Shown: positions 1 through 9,151 of the stretch, in pieces
Position numbering within the stretch: the first letter of the stretch is position 1
Layout of the letters: each line of letters starts with the position of its first letter
DNA from: Atribacterota bacterium
Lineage (GTDB): Bacteria > Atribacterota > Phoenicimicrobiia > Phoenicimicrobiales > Phoenicimicrobiaceae
Direction of reading: 5' to 3'
Length of the DNA stretch: 12,372 bases
Assembly (NCBI GenBank): GCA_038203565.1
Contig: JBBRDV010000039.1
Location: 1 to 12,372 of the forward strand
Made by a program: the position numbers and the translations under genes
Notes under the pieces: generated by a model
Told to the model about the DNA's origin: nothing
The model's database searches: none
The model's input: only the letters and a program-made list of their open reading frames with translations

Positions 1-1
1 T

Positions 2-1234
2 AATTTTATCTATGCACACCCTTTCGCCCCCGAAGAAACGGTACAGGGTTGTTTAGAGATTGCTTATGACTTAAATAAATTACTCTGTGAAATAACCGGC
101 ATGGACGAATATACTATGGCTCCTGCCGCCGGAGCACACGGAGAACTAACCGGGAATCTCATTATGCGAAAGTATTTTGTCGATCGAGGAGATAAAAGAC
201 ATAAGATGTTGATCCCGGATTCTGCACATGGTACCAATCCCGCATCAGCTGCCATGGCTGGCTTCCAAGTCATAGAAGTAAAATCAAATGAAAAAGGAAC
301 AGTAGACCTAAAAGAACTGGCCGAATTAATGGATGAAGATACTGTAGGATTGATGTTGACTAATCCCAATACTGTAGGATTATACGATGAAGGAATAGAA
401 GAAATTGAAAAGATTGTCCATAATAAAGGCGGCCTGCTCTATTATGATGGAGCTAATCTTAATGCTTCCTTGGGAATCATCAGACCCGGAGATGCCGGTT
501 TCGATGTAGTGCATCTTAACCTGCATAAAACTTTTTCTACTCCCCATGGAGGGGGTGGACCCGGTGCTGGAGTAATTGGAGTAAAGAAAGACCTTATTCC
601 TTACCTTCCTACTCCCAATGTCGCTTTTGATTCTACCAATAAAAAATATTATCTATTGGATGTTGGGAGTAAGAGTATTGGGATGGTAAGGGCATTCTGG
701 TCTAATTTCTCGGTTTTGGTTAAAACTTATGCCTGGATTCTTAGTATGGGACCGGATGGCCTTTATAATGCTTCAGAAACCAGTATAATCAATGCGAATT
801 ATATTTTAGCTAAATTAAAAAGATATTATAAACCAGCTTATGACCGTTATTGTGGCCATGAATGTACAATTACCGGAAAAGATTATAAAAAATACGGGGT
901 GAAGACTTTAGATATTGCCAAAAGGTTAATGGATTATGGGATGCATCCTCCTACTATATACTTCCCTCATTTTGAACCTTATGCAGAAGAAACTATCATG
1001 GTGGAACCACCGGAATCGGAAAGCAAAGAAATGCTGGATAAATTTATTGAGATTATGATAAAAATATCTAATGAAGCTAAGACCAATCCTGATTTATTAA
1101 CCACTGCTCCCCACAATACCCCTATAAGACGAACTAATGATCTTTTAGCTGCTAAAAGACCGATCTTAACTTATGATGATGAGCTGAAACTTAAAGATGA
1201 ATTAAAATATCAAGAAAAAGATATTAATTTTTAA
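2..1234 (+). CDS. gcvPB: Glycine dehydrogenase (decarboxylating) subunit 2, glycine cleavage P-protein beta; 5'-truncated by window edge
   Basis: The frame is open from nt 2 (NFIYAHPFAPEETVQGCLEIAYDLNKLLCEITG-MDEY...), so the ATG at 101 is internal. Motifs PAAGAHGE, IPDSAHGTNPASA, MLTNPNT, YYDGANLN, PLP-lysine motif HLNLHKTFSTPHGGGGPG and DIAKRLMDYG. Confidence 0.97.
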   Translation, partial: NFIYAHPFAPEETVQGCLEIAYDLNKLLCEITGMDEYTMAPAAGAHGELTGNLIMRKYFVDRGDKRHKMLIPDSAHGTNPASAAMAGFQVIEVKSNEKGTVDLKELAELMDEDTVGLMLTNPNTVGLYDEGIEEIEKIVHNKGGLLYYDGANLNASLGIIRPGDAGFDVVHLNLHKTFSTPHGGGGPGAGVIGVKKDLIPYLPTPNVAFDSTNKKYYLLDVGSKSIGMVRAFWSNFSVLVKTYAWILSMGPDGLYNASETSIINANYILAKLKRYYKPAYDRYCGHECTITGKDYKKYGVKTLDIAKRLMDYGMHPPTIYFPHFEPYAEETIMVEPPESESKEMLDKFIEIMIKISNEAKTNPDLLTTAPHNTPIRRTNDLLAAKRPILTYDDELKLKDELKYQEKDINF

Positions 1235-1236
1235 TC

Positions 1237-1242
1237 AGGAGG
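1237..1242 (+). promoter_or_regulatory. Shine-Dalgarno of gcvT
   Basis: AGGAGG 7 nt upstream of ATG at 1250. Confidence 0.85.
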
Positions 1243-1249
1243 TTTTAAA

Positions 1250-2374
1250 ATGGAAGAAAAAGAATTATTATTAACCCCTTTACATAATGAACACTTAAAA
1301 TTAAAGGCCAGGATGATCCCCTTTGATGGTTTTGATATGCCGGTTCAGTATACCAGTATTCTTGAAGAACACTTTGCGGTAAGAGAAAGAGTGGGTATTT
1401 TTGATGTATCCCATATGGGAGAAATTGAATTAAAAGGAAAAGATGCCCTCCCCTTTGCTGATTATCTGGTAACTAATTCGCTAATAAAAATGAATGATGG
1501 AGATATAAAGTATTCACCTTTATGTTATGGTCATGGCGGCCAGGTTGATGATCTCTTTGTCTATAAGGTACGGGATGATTTTGTACTATTGGTAGTCAAT
1601 GCTTCACCTAATTATTCGATCAAAGATTATGATTGGATTATTGAAAACAAAGGTGGTTTTAAAGTAGAAATATTCAATAAAAGTAAAGAATACGGCGAAG
1701 TATCAGTGCAAGGTCCTGATTCACTAAAACTATTAGAACCTTTAGTAAAAGTTAGAATCCCTCTAAAAGAGCTGAAGCGCTTTAAATTTATATTTGGAGA
1801 AATATTTGGAAAGAAGATCCTTATTTCCCGGACTGGCTACACTGGAGAAGATGGATTTGAGATTTATACCTTTAAGCCTGAAGATGTCATAGACATCTGG
1901 CAAGGTATTCTTAAGGAAGGTAAAAAGTTCGAGTTAAAACCATGTGGATTGGGAGCAAGAGATACTACCCGCTTTGAAGTTTGTTATTGGCTTTATGGTA
2001 ATGACATCGATGAAACTGTAAACCCCTTAGAGAGTGGACAAGATTGGACAGTAAAGTTTGATAAAGAGAATTTTATAGGAAAAGATGCTTTACTTAAAAT
2101 AAAGGAAAAAGGAGTTAGCAGAAAATTAGTAGGACTTTATATCCCCCAAGGTGGTATTCCCAGAAGCAAAATGGAAGTAAAAAAAGATGGCAAAAAGATC
2201 GGATATGTTACTTCTGGAAATTATTGTCCTTCTTTGAAAAAGGTTTATGCATGGGCTATCTTAGACCTTCCTTATACGAAAAAAGGCGGTAAAGTAGATA
2301 TAACTATCAGAAATAAAGAGGTTGAAGCGGAAATTGTAGAAACACCTTTTTTCCCACCATTTAATAAAAGATAA
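1250..2374 (+). CDS. gcvT: Glycine cleavage system aminomethyltransferase (T-protein)
   Basis: Motifs TPLH, MPVQY, IFDVSHMGE, LLVVNA, QGP, SRTGYTGEDGFE, CGLGARD, GYVTSG; 374 aa; adjacent to gcvPB. Confidence 0.97.
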   Translation: MEEKELLLTPLHNEHLKLKARMIPFDGFDMPVQYTSILEEHFAVRERVGIFDVSHMGEIELKGKDALPFADYLVTNSLIKMNDGDIKYSPLCYGHGGQVDDLFVYKVRDDFVLLVVNASPNYSIKDYDWIIENKGGFKVEIFNKSKEYGEVSVQGPDSLKLLEPLVKVRIPLKELKRFKFIFGEIFGKKILISRTGYTGEDGFEIYTFKPEDVIDIWQGILKEGKKFELKPCGLGARDTTRFEVCYWLYGNDIDETVNPLESGQDWTVKFDKENFIGKDALLKIKEKGVSRKLVGLYIPQGGIPRSKMEVKKDGKKIGYVTSGNYCPSLKKVYAWAILDLPYTKKGGKVDITIRNKEVEAEIVETPFFPPFNKR

Positions 2375-2410
2375 GAAAAAACACTTAAATACAATTTTTT
2401 TTCTTAAAAA

Positions 2411-2439
2411 GAAGGATTTTGAAATTCTTTGTCGAATAC
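2411..2439 (+). promoter_or_regulatory. Putative SigH-type (sigma-H family) promoter upstream of the symporter
   Basis: GAAGGATTT-N11-GTCGAATAC matches the Bacillus/Clostridia SigH consensus (RNAGGAWWW-N11/12-RNNGAAT). Confidence 0.6.
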
Positions 2440-2684
2440 AATATTATTAGTTACAATATTAAAATGGCCAGCCCACAAAAATATTTTTAGAGATAGGAGG
2501 AGGTGAATTAATAGAGAGAACCAGTATTTACTTTTAATCTTCCAAGGAGGTGATGCTATAGTAATTAAATTACGATTACTATAATTAGTCTTTTAGGCAA
2601 ATTAATTCTTCACTAAAAACTTTACACCTTTTCAACTGCCTAATTTTATAAATTAAAAAGGTATTAGAACCAATATAAATGAAA

Positions 2685-2690
2685 AGGAGG
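2685..2690 (+). promoter_or_regulatory. Shine-Dalgarno of the symporter gene
   Basis: AAAAGGAGG ending 10 nt upstream of ATG at 2701. Confidence 0.8.
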
Positions 2691-2700
2691 CTTTTTATTT

Positions 2701-4065
2701 ATGACTGCTATAATGAATTTGTTAACGATTATTGATGATTTTGTCTGGGGACCACCTATGATAGTGTTATTGATAGGTACGGGAATATTTCTAACTATTA
2801 AGGTAGGTTTCCCTCAATTGTTTCATCTTGGTTATGCCTGGAAAATAACCTTTAAAGGTATGTTTAAGAAAGATAAAGCTGAAAGAGGGGAAGGAGACAT
2901 TACTCCTTTCCAGGCTCTTGCTGCCACTCTGGCTGCTACAGTAGGCAATGGAAATATTGCCGGAGTGGCTACTGCGGTAGCTGCTGGCGGCCCAGGTGCC
3001 TTGTTCTGGATGTGGATTACTGCCTTTTTCGGAATGGCTACCAGAATGGGCGAAGCTACCCTGGGTGTAAAATACAGAATAAAAGATAAAGATGGTGCCT
3101 TTGCAGCTGGTTCGATGTATTTTATCGAAAAAGGACTGGGGCAAAAATGGTTGGGCTGGCTCTTTGCCTTATTTGGAGCAATTGCCGCCTTTGGTATCGG
3201 AGATATGGTCCAAACTAACTCTATGGCTTTGGTGGGTAATAGTGTTTTTAAAATACCGGTAATAGTAACCGGTATTGCCATAACTATTTTAGTCTGGATA
3301 GTAGTTGTGGGAGGAGTTAAACGAATTGGACAAGTATGCGAATTATTAGTGCCTATTATGTGTATCTTCTATATTATAGGGGCATTAATAATTATCTTTA
3401 CCAAAATCAATTTACTCCCTTGGGCCTTCGGAGAAATATTTAGATCTGCCTTTACTGGAAGGGCTGCCATTGGTGGTGTTGCGGGTGCTACCGTAGCTCA
3501 AGCCATGAGATACGGTGTAGCCAGAGGAATATTCTCCAACGAAGCTGGCTTAGGTAGTGGAAGTATAGCTCACGGTGTTGCCCAAACTAAATACCCGGCA
3601 CGTCAAGGTAGTATTGGTATGGTTGAGACTATGATTGATACTCTAATTGTATGCTCTATGACCGGTCTCGTTATTGTTTTGACCAAATCTGTAGAATTAT
3701 CAGGTGGTCTTACCAGTACCGCCCTTACTGCTTATGCCTTCACTTCTGTTTTAAAAGGAATAGGTGGACCTATTGTGGCTATTGGTTCTTTACTGTTTGG
3801 TTACTCCACCGTTATTACCTGGTGTTATTATGGCCAACAATGTGCCCGATACATGATAGGTCCTGCTGTAATTAAACCTTATGCCTGGCTTTTTGTTATA
3901 TTTGCTTTCTTGGGTGCTGTACTCAAGGTTGATTTTATTTGGCTGCTTACCGATGCCCTTAATGGAGCTATGGCTATTCCTAACTTGATTGGCTTACTAT
4001 TCTTAAGTGGTGTGTTGGCTAGAGAAGTAAAAGATTACTTCTCTAATCCAGAACTTTTAGGATAA
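2701..4065 (+). CDS. Sodium:alanine/glycine symporter (AGCS family, AlsT/AgcS-like)
   Basis: Highly hydrophobic 454 aa protein with family motifs ITPFQAL..LAATVGNGNIAGVATA..AGGPGALFWMW, GVARGIFSNEAGLGS, IDTLIVCSMT and MAIPNLIGL. Confidence 0.95.
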   Translation: MTAIMNLLTIIDDFVWGPPMIVLLIGTGIFLTIKVGFPQLFHLGYAWKITFKGMFKKDKAERGEGDITPFQALAATLAATVGNGNIAGVATAVAAGGPGALFWMWITAFFGMATRMGEATLGVKYRIKDKDGAFAAGSMYFIEKGLGQKWLGWLFALFGAIAAFGIGDMVQTNSMALVGNSVFKIPVIVTGIAITILVWIVVVGGVKRIGQVCELLVPIMCIFYIIGALIIIFTKINLLPWAFGEIFRSAFTGRAAIGGVAGATVAQAMRYGVARGIFSNEAGLGSGSIAHGVAQTKYPARQGSIGMVETMIDTLIVCSMTGLVIVLTKSVELSGGLTSTALTAYAFTSVLKGIGGPIVAIGSLLFGYSTVITWCYYGQQCARYMIGPAVIKPYAWLFVIFAFLGAVLKVDFIWLLTDALNGAMAIPNLIGLLFLSGVLAREVKDYFSNPELLG

Positions 4066-4125
4066 ACACTTACAGCTTACAGGAGGAGTAAGTAGATACA
4101 CAACCTTTAATTTATTTAGTCATAC

Positions 4126-4179
4126 TATATAAAAAGCCTCTATACCTTTTATCTCTTCGGTATAGAGGCTTTTTATATA
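4126..4179. terminator. Bidirectional Rho-independent terminator between the convergent symporter and groEL genes
   Basis: Perfect 21-bp inverted repeat TATATAAAAAGCCTCTATACC (4126-4146) / GGTATAGAGGCTTTTTATATA (4159-4179), 12-nt loop, T-tract on both strands. Confidence 0.92.
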
Positions 4180-4199
4180 TATTAATTTGTTTTACTTAC

Positions 4200-5822
<1,623 letters not shown>

Positions 5823-5914
5823 TTATTTATCCTCCTTTTATATTTAATTTATCACATTTTCCACTTAAAAATTCGATAATATTTTTTAATATTTTTAAAT
5901 AAAAATATTATATT

Positions 5915-6220
5915 TTATTTTTCCACAATAGCTAAAATATCTTTTTCGCTTAAAAGGAGATAATCTTCATCATCATCATCTTTGATATCTGTTCCTGAAT
6001 ATTTTGCGTATACTACATTATCCCCCTTTTTAACTGTCATAGGAACTAATTTTCCTTCTTTATTAGTGCCGCCAGGTCCTACTGATAATACTTCGCCAAC
6101 TTGGGGTTTTTCTTTAGAAATAGTATCAGGAAGTAGAATTCCCCCTTTACTCTTCTCCTCTTCAAGTTTGGGTTTTATCAGTACCCGGTCTCCTAGTGGC
6201 TTTAATCCTTTGATCTTCAT
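5915..6220 (-). CDS. groES: Co-chaperonin GroES (Cpn10)
   Basis: [45 protein letters not shown] at 6230-6237 on the minus strand; immediately upstream of groEL. Confidence 0.99.
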   Translation of the reverse strand: MKIKGLKPLGDRVLIKPKLEEEKSKGGILLPDTISKEKPQVGEVLSVGPGGTNKEGKLVPMTVKKGDNVVYAKYSGTDIKDDDDEDYLLLSEKDILAIVEK

Positions 6221-6254
6221 TTTCTATAACCTCCTTTAATATTTTTAAAATTAA

Positions 6255-6281
6255 TTAGCACTCTCATAGTAAGAGTGCTAA
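6255..6281. promoter_or_regulatory. CIRCE element (HrcA operator)
   Basis: TTAGCACTC-tcatagtaa-GAGTGCTAA: exact consensus with 9-nt spacer, lying between the promoter and the groES RBS. Confidence 0.98.
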
Positions 6282-6294
6282 AAATACCTTATAT

Positions 6295-6323
6295 ATAGTA
6301 TATAAACTTCTTAGGAAAAGCAA
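6295..6323 (-). promoter_or_regulatory. Putative sigma-A/70 promoter of groES-groEL
   Basis: Minus strand reads TTGCTT (6323-6318) - 17 nt - TACTAT (6300-6295), 13 nt upstream of CIRCE, the typical HrcA-regulated layout. Confidence 0.7.
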
Positions 6324-6404
6324 ACCTTGTTATCGGCCATATTTAGCTATTTAACGCATCATTTTATGATTATAAGTTATTTATTGATTTTTTGCTTCTA
6401 TTTA

Positions 6405-7424
6405 CTAGTTTTTTATCTCTAATGGTAATCTTGAAACCGCATCTAAGCTTAAAGATGATTTTATATTTTCTTTAAATTTATAATATCCAACTGAAGCTAC
6501 CATGGCTGCATTATCAGTACATAGAAAAGTTGAAGGATAAAAAACCTTTATATTTAATAAATTTGCTTTTTTCTTTATCTCTTTTCTTAGAAGGCCATTG
6601 GCTGCAACTCCACCAGCTAATATAATCTGTTTAGTTTCAAATTTTAAAGCTGCTTTTATGGTCTTTTCTACCAAGACATCGATTACTGCTTGTTGGAAAG
6701 AAGCTAATATATCGCTAACAGGTATATTTTTATTCTCTTTTTTTAATTCCTTTATATAATAGATTACTGCGGTTTTAAGACCGCTAAAACTAAAATCGTA
6801 ACTTTTATCATTTAAAAGTGGGCGAGGGAATTGAATTGAGGAAGAATCTCCTTCTTTAGCTAATTTTTCAGTGATCGGCCCACCGGGGTAACCCAAGTCC
6901 AACACCTTAGTTATTTTATCAAAAACCTCTCCTGCTGCATCATCTTTGGTCTGGCCTAATAATTTATATTTTCCAAAATGTCTTACATATACCAAAGATG
7001 TATGCCCACCAGAAACGATTAAACAAACAAAAGGAGGTTTTATCTCATTATGTTCTAATAAATTTGCATAAATGTGAGCTTCAAGGTGGTTTATTCCGAT
7101 AAAAGGTATATTTTGAGCATAAGCCATGGCTTTAGCGACAGATAATCCCACCAAGAGTGAACCTATTAAACCTGGGCCGTAAGTTACTGCTATTGCAGAT
7201 AAATCAGTAATCCTTTTTCCTGATTCGTCTAAGGCTTTATCAATTATCGGAATGATGAACTCTACATGTTTACGTGAAGCTATTTCAGGAACTACTCCTC
7301 CATATTTTTGATGGATGCTAATCTGGGAAGCCACTACATTTGAAATAATCTTTTTTCCATCTTCTACAATAGCTGCTGCTGTTTCGTCACAAGAAGTTTC
7401 AATTCCCAATATTAAATCTGGCAT
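6405..7424 (-). CDS. tsaD: tRNA N6-threonylcarbamoyladenosine (t6A) transferase TsaD (Kae1/YgjD)
   Basis: ILGIETSCDET, GGVVPEIASRKH, GPGLIGSL, metal-binding NHLEAH, VSGGHT, DDAAGE.FDK, FSFSGLKTA, CTDNAAM. Confidence 0.98.
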   Translation of the reverse strand: MPDLILGIETSCDETAAAIVEDGKKIISNVVASQISIHQKYGGVVPEIASRKHVEFIIPIIDKALDESGKRITDLSAIAVTYGPGLIGSLLVGLSVAKAMAYAQNIPFIGINHLEAHIYANLLEHNEIKPPFVCLIVSGGHTSLVYVRHFGKYKLLGQTKDDAAGEVFDKITKVLDLGYPGGPITEKLAKEGDSSSIQFPRPLLNDKSYDFSFSGLKTAVIYYIKELKKENKNIPVSDILASFQQAVIDVLVEKTIKAALKFETKQIILAGGVAANGLLRKEIKKKANLLNIKVFYPSTFLCTDNAAMVASVGYYKFKENIKSSLSLDAVSRLPLEIKN

Positions 7425-7439
7425 ATAATTCTTTTCCTT

Positions 7440-7901
7440 TTATAATTTCTTTTCCATAACTAAGGCATCTTCTCTTTCTTCTTGATAATAATTTCTCAAA
7501 ACCCTCATCACTTTATAGCCATATTTTCTGTACATATCTTGGGCAATACAATTTGATTTTCTTACCTCTAAAGATATTTTCTTAATTCTATAGATAATAG
7601 CTATTTTCTCAATAAACTTCAAAAATTTTTCTCCATAGCCCCTTCTACGTAATTTTTCGGTAATAGCAATATTGGTAATGTGGAAACTGCTTCCTTTGTG
7701 CCAAAGACCAAGATAACCTACTACTTCATTATCTTTCTTTAACACGAAATATCTAGCATATCTATTTCGGGTTAATTCGCTAAAAAATAGGTCCTGAGTC
7801 CAGGGAAAGGGAAAAGATTGTTCCTCAATCTCTAATACTTTTTTTAAATCATCTATTTCCATAGGTCTGATAACTATTCCGGTAAAACTTTGGTTAATCA
7901 T
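7440..7901 (-). CDS. rimI: Ribosomal-protein-alanine N-acetyltransferase RimI (GNAT)
   Basis: SFPFPW, HITNIAI..RRRGYG, LEVRKSN..A..MY.KYGY, RNYY..EDALVM; lies between tsaB and tsaD. Start is ATG 7901 or the TTG at 7907 directly after the tsaB stop. Confidence 0.92.
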   Translation of the reverse strand: MINQSFTGIVIRPMEIDDLKKVLEIEEQSFPFPWTQDLFFSELTRNRYARYFVLKKDNEVVGYLGLWHKGSSFHITNIAITEKLRRRGYGEKFLKFIEKIAIIYRIKKISLEVRKSNCIAQDMYRKYGYKVMRVLRNYYQEEREDALVMEKKL

Positions 7902-7907
7902 GGTCAA

Positions 7908-8609
7908 TCACTTATTTTTTTTCTCCCAAATAATTTCAGCCTCAGACTTCCTCAGATAAAAAGGAGAAAGCGTAGAGATATTATCTTTTTCCCCTTTTTT
8001 AAGCTTATTTAAACCTAAAAAAGCAATACTGGTAGCCACCGGTAAATTTAATTGTGAATCGATAAACAAAGCATCTTTACCTATTTTTTCCTTAATAATA
8101 TCTCGATATTTTTTAATTCCATCTCCTGAGAAGATTATCTTTTCTTTTAAGGGAGAGAGCCGAACAAGTAGACTTTGAATATCTTCACATTTATAATCCA
8201 TAATCTTATGCAAGCTAACCCCTCCCCGAAATACCACATCATATATTTCATCTTTCTTAGATTCCAAAACGGGACATATTAGATAGGGAATTTCTTTAAA
8301 GGGGAATGCCATGGCATCTAGAGTAGGAATTCCCAATAAAGGTAATGAACGAGCGTAACATAGCCCCTTTGCTACACATAAGCCAATGCGGAGTCCGGTA
8401 AAAGAACCCGGACCCATAGAAACAGCGATACCATTAATTTCTTCAATTTTTAAGCCGATCCTATTTAATAAGTTTTTTATAGCAGGTACTAAAATGGAAG
8501 AATGTTTCTTCTTTAAACCATTAATAGTACACTCTATAAGAATATCCTCATCTTCAATTAAACCTAAATTGCAAAATTTAGTAGAAGTATCAATCCCTAA
8601 TATTTTCAA
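7908..8609 (-). CDS. tsaB: t6A biosynthesis protein TsaB (YeaZ)
   Basis: MKILGIDTST, HS..LVPAI, GPGSFTGLRIG...AKGL, PFYLRKSEAE; TTG start overlapping the tsaE end by 20 nt. Confidence 0.95.
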   Translation of the reverse strand: MKILGIDTSTKFCNLGLIEDEDILIECTINGLKKKHSSILVPAIKNLLNRIGLKIEEINGIAVSMGPGSFTGLRIGLCVAKGLCYARSLPLLGIPTLDAMAFPFKEIPYLICPVLESKKDEIYDVVFRGGVSLHKIMDYKCEDIQSLLVRLSPLKEKIIFSGDGIKKYRDIIKEKIGKDALFIDSQLNLPVATSIAFLGLNKLKKGEKDNISTLSPFYLRKSEAEIIWEKKNK

Positions 8610-9066
8610 TTCTGCTTAGTTCCTCTAAAAAATTATTAAATCTATCCCCTTGAGGAATAAAAGAAATTATTCTTTGATAGCGATCTTTAAATTTGATATC
8701 GATCTTTAAGTGTTCTTTGGGTAAAAACTGTTCAATCTTCTCAGCCCACTCAATAACTGTCAAACCTTCTCCGTAAAAATATTCCTTGTAACTCAATTCT
8801 AATATTTCTTCCGCATTATTAAGGCGGAACAGGTCAAAATGAAAGATGGGAATTTTGCCTTGATATTCATTTATAATAGTAAAAGAAGGACTGGTGACAT
8901 AATCTTTTACTTCTAACCCCTGAGATATTCCTTGAATGAAACAGGTTTTACCTGCACCCAGTTCACCGTAAAAAGCTAATAAGTCTCCCAGTTTAGCTAA
9001 TTTACCTACTTCTTTCCCTAAATTTTTCGTTTCTTCAGGACTTTTAGTAATGATAGTTAAATTCAT
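8590..9066 (-). CDS. tsaE: t6A biosynthesis ATPase TsaE (YjeE)
   Basis: Walker A GELGAGKT, VTSPSFTIINEY, HFDLFRL, VIEWA. Confidence 0.97.
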   Translation of the reverse strand: MNLTIITKSPEETKNLGKEVGKLAKLGDLLAFYGELGAGKTCFIQGISQGLEVKDYVTSPSFTIINEYQGKIPIFHFDLFRLNNAEEILELSYKEYFYGEGLTVIEWAEKIEQFLPKEHLKIDIKFKDRYQRIISFIPQGDRFNNFLEELSRIENIRD

Positions 9067-9067
9067 C

Positions 9068-9117
9068 TTGACCTATTCACCAATTCTCCTATTCACCAAT
9101 TAATTTATTCATCAATT
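9068..9117. repeat. Degenerate 8-nt tandem repeat, about 6 units
   Basis: TTGACCTA TTCACCAA TTCTCCTA TTCACCAA TTAATTTA TTCATCAA TT. Confidence 0.8.
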
Positions 9118-9151
9118 AGAGTTATTTTTTGGGCGCATATTATCCTATATG

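Noticed and set aside
101..103. ATG 101 as the gcvPB start
   Set aside because: The frame is open upstream to the window edge and encodes GcvPB-like sequence; the gene is truncated by the window, not a pseudogene
339..381. 13-bp direct repeat ATACTGTAGGATT (339-351, 369-381) in gcvPB
   Set aside because: In-frame TVGL twice around the conserved MLTNPNT motif; explained by protein sequence and codon bias
2372..2406. Possible terminator after gcvT (TAAGAAAAAA / TTTTTTCTTA)
   Set aside because: Nearly all A-U stem with a 15-nt loop; too weak to call
2375..2700. Glycine riboswitch or T-box upstream of the symporter
   Set aside because: No GGAGA..CCGAAG..GCAA..CTCAGG aptamer motifs and no GGTGGNACC T-box motif; the region is too AT-rich
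4069..4090. CTTACAG x2 plus an SD-like AGGAGGAG after the symporter stop
   Set aside because: No start codon or ORF before the terminator and only two repeat units; could be a remnant but cannot be supported
5878..5912. AT-only direct and inverted repeats (AATATTTTT / AAAAATATT) between groES and groEL
   Set aside because: Low complexity, expected by chance in such AT-rich DNA
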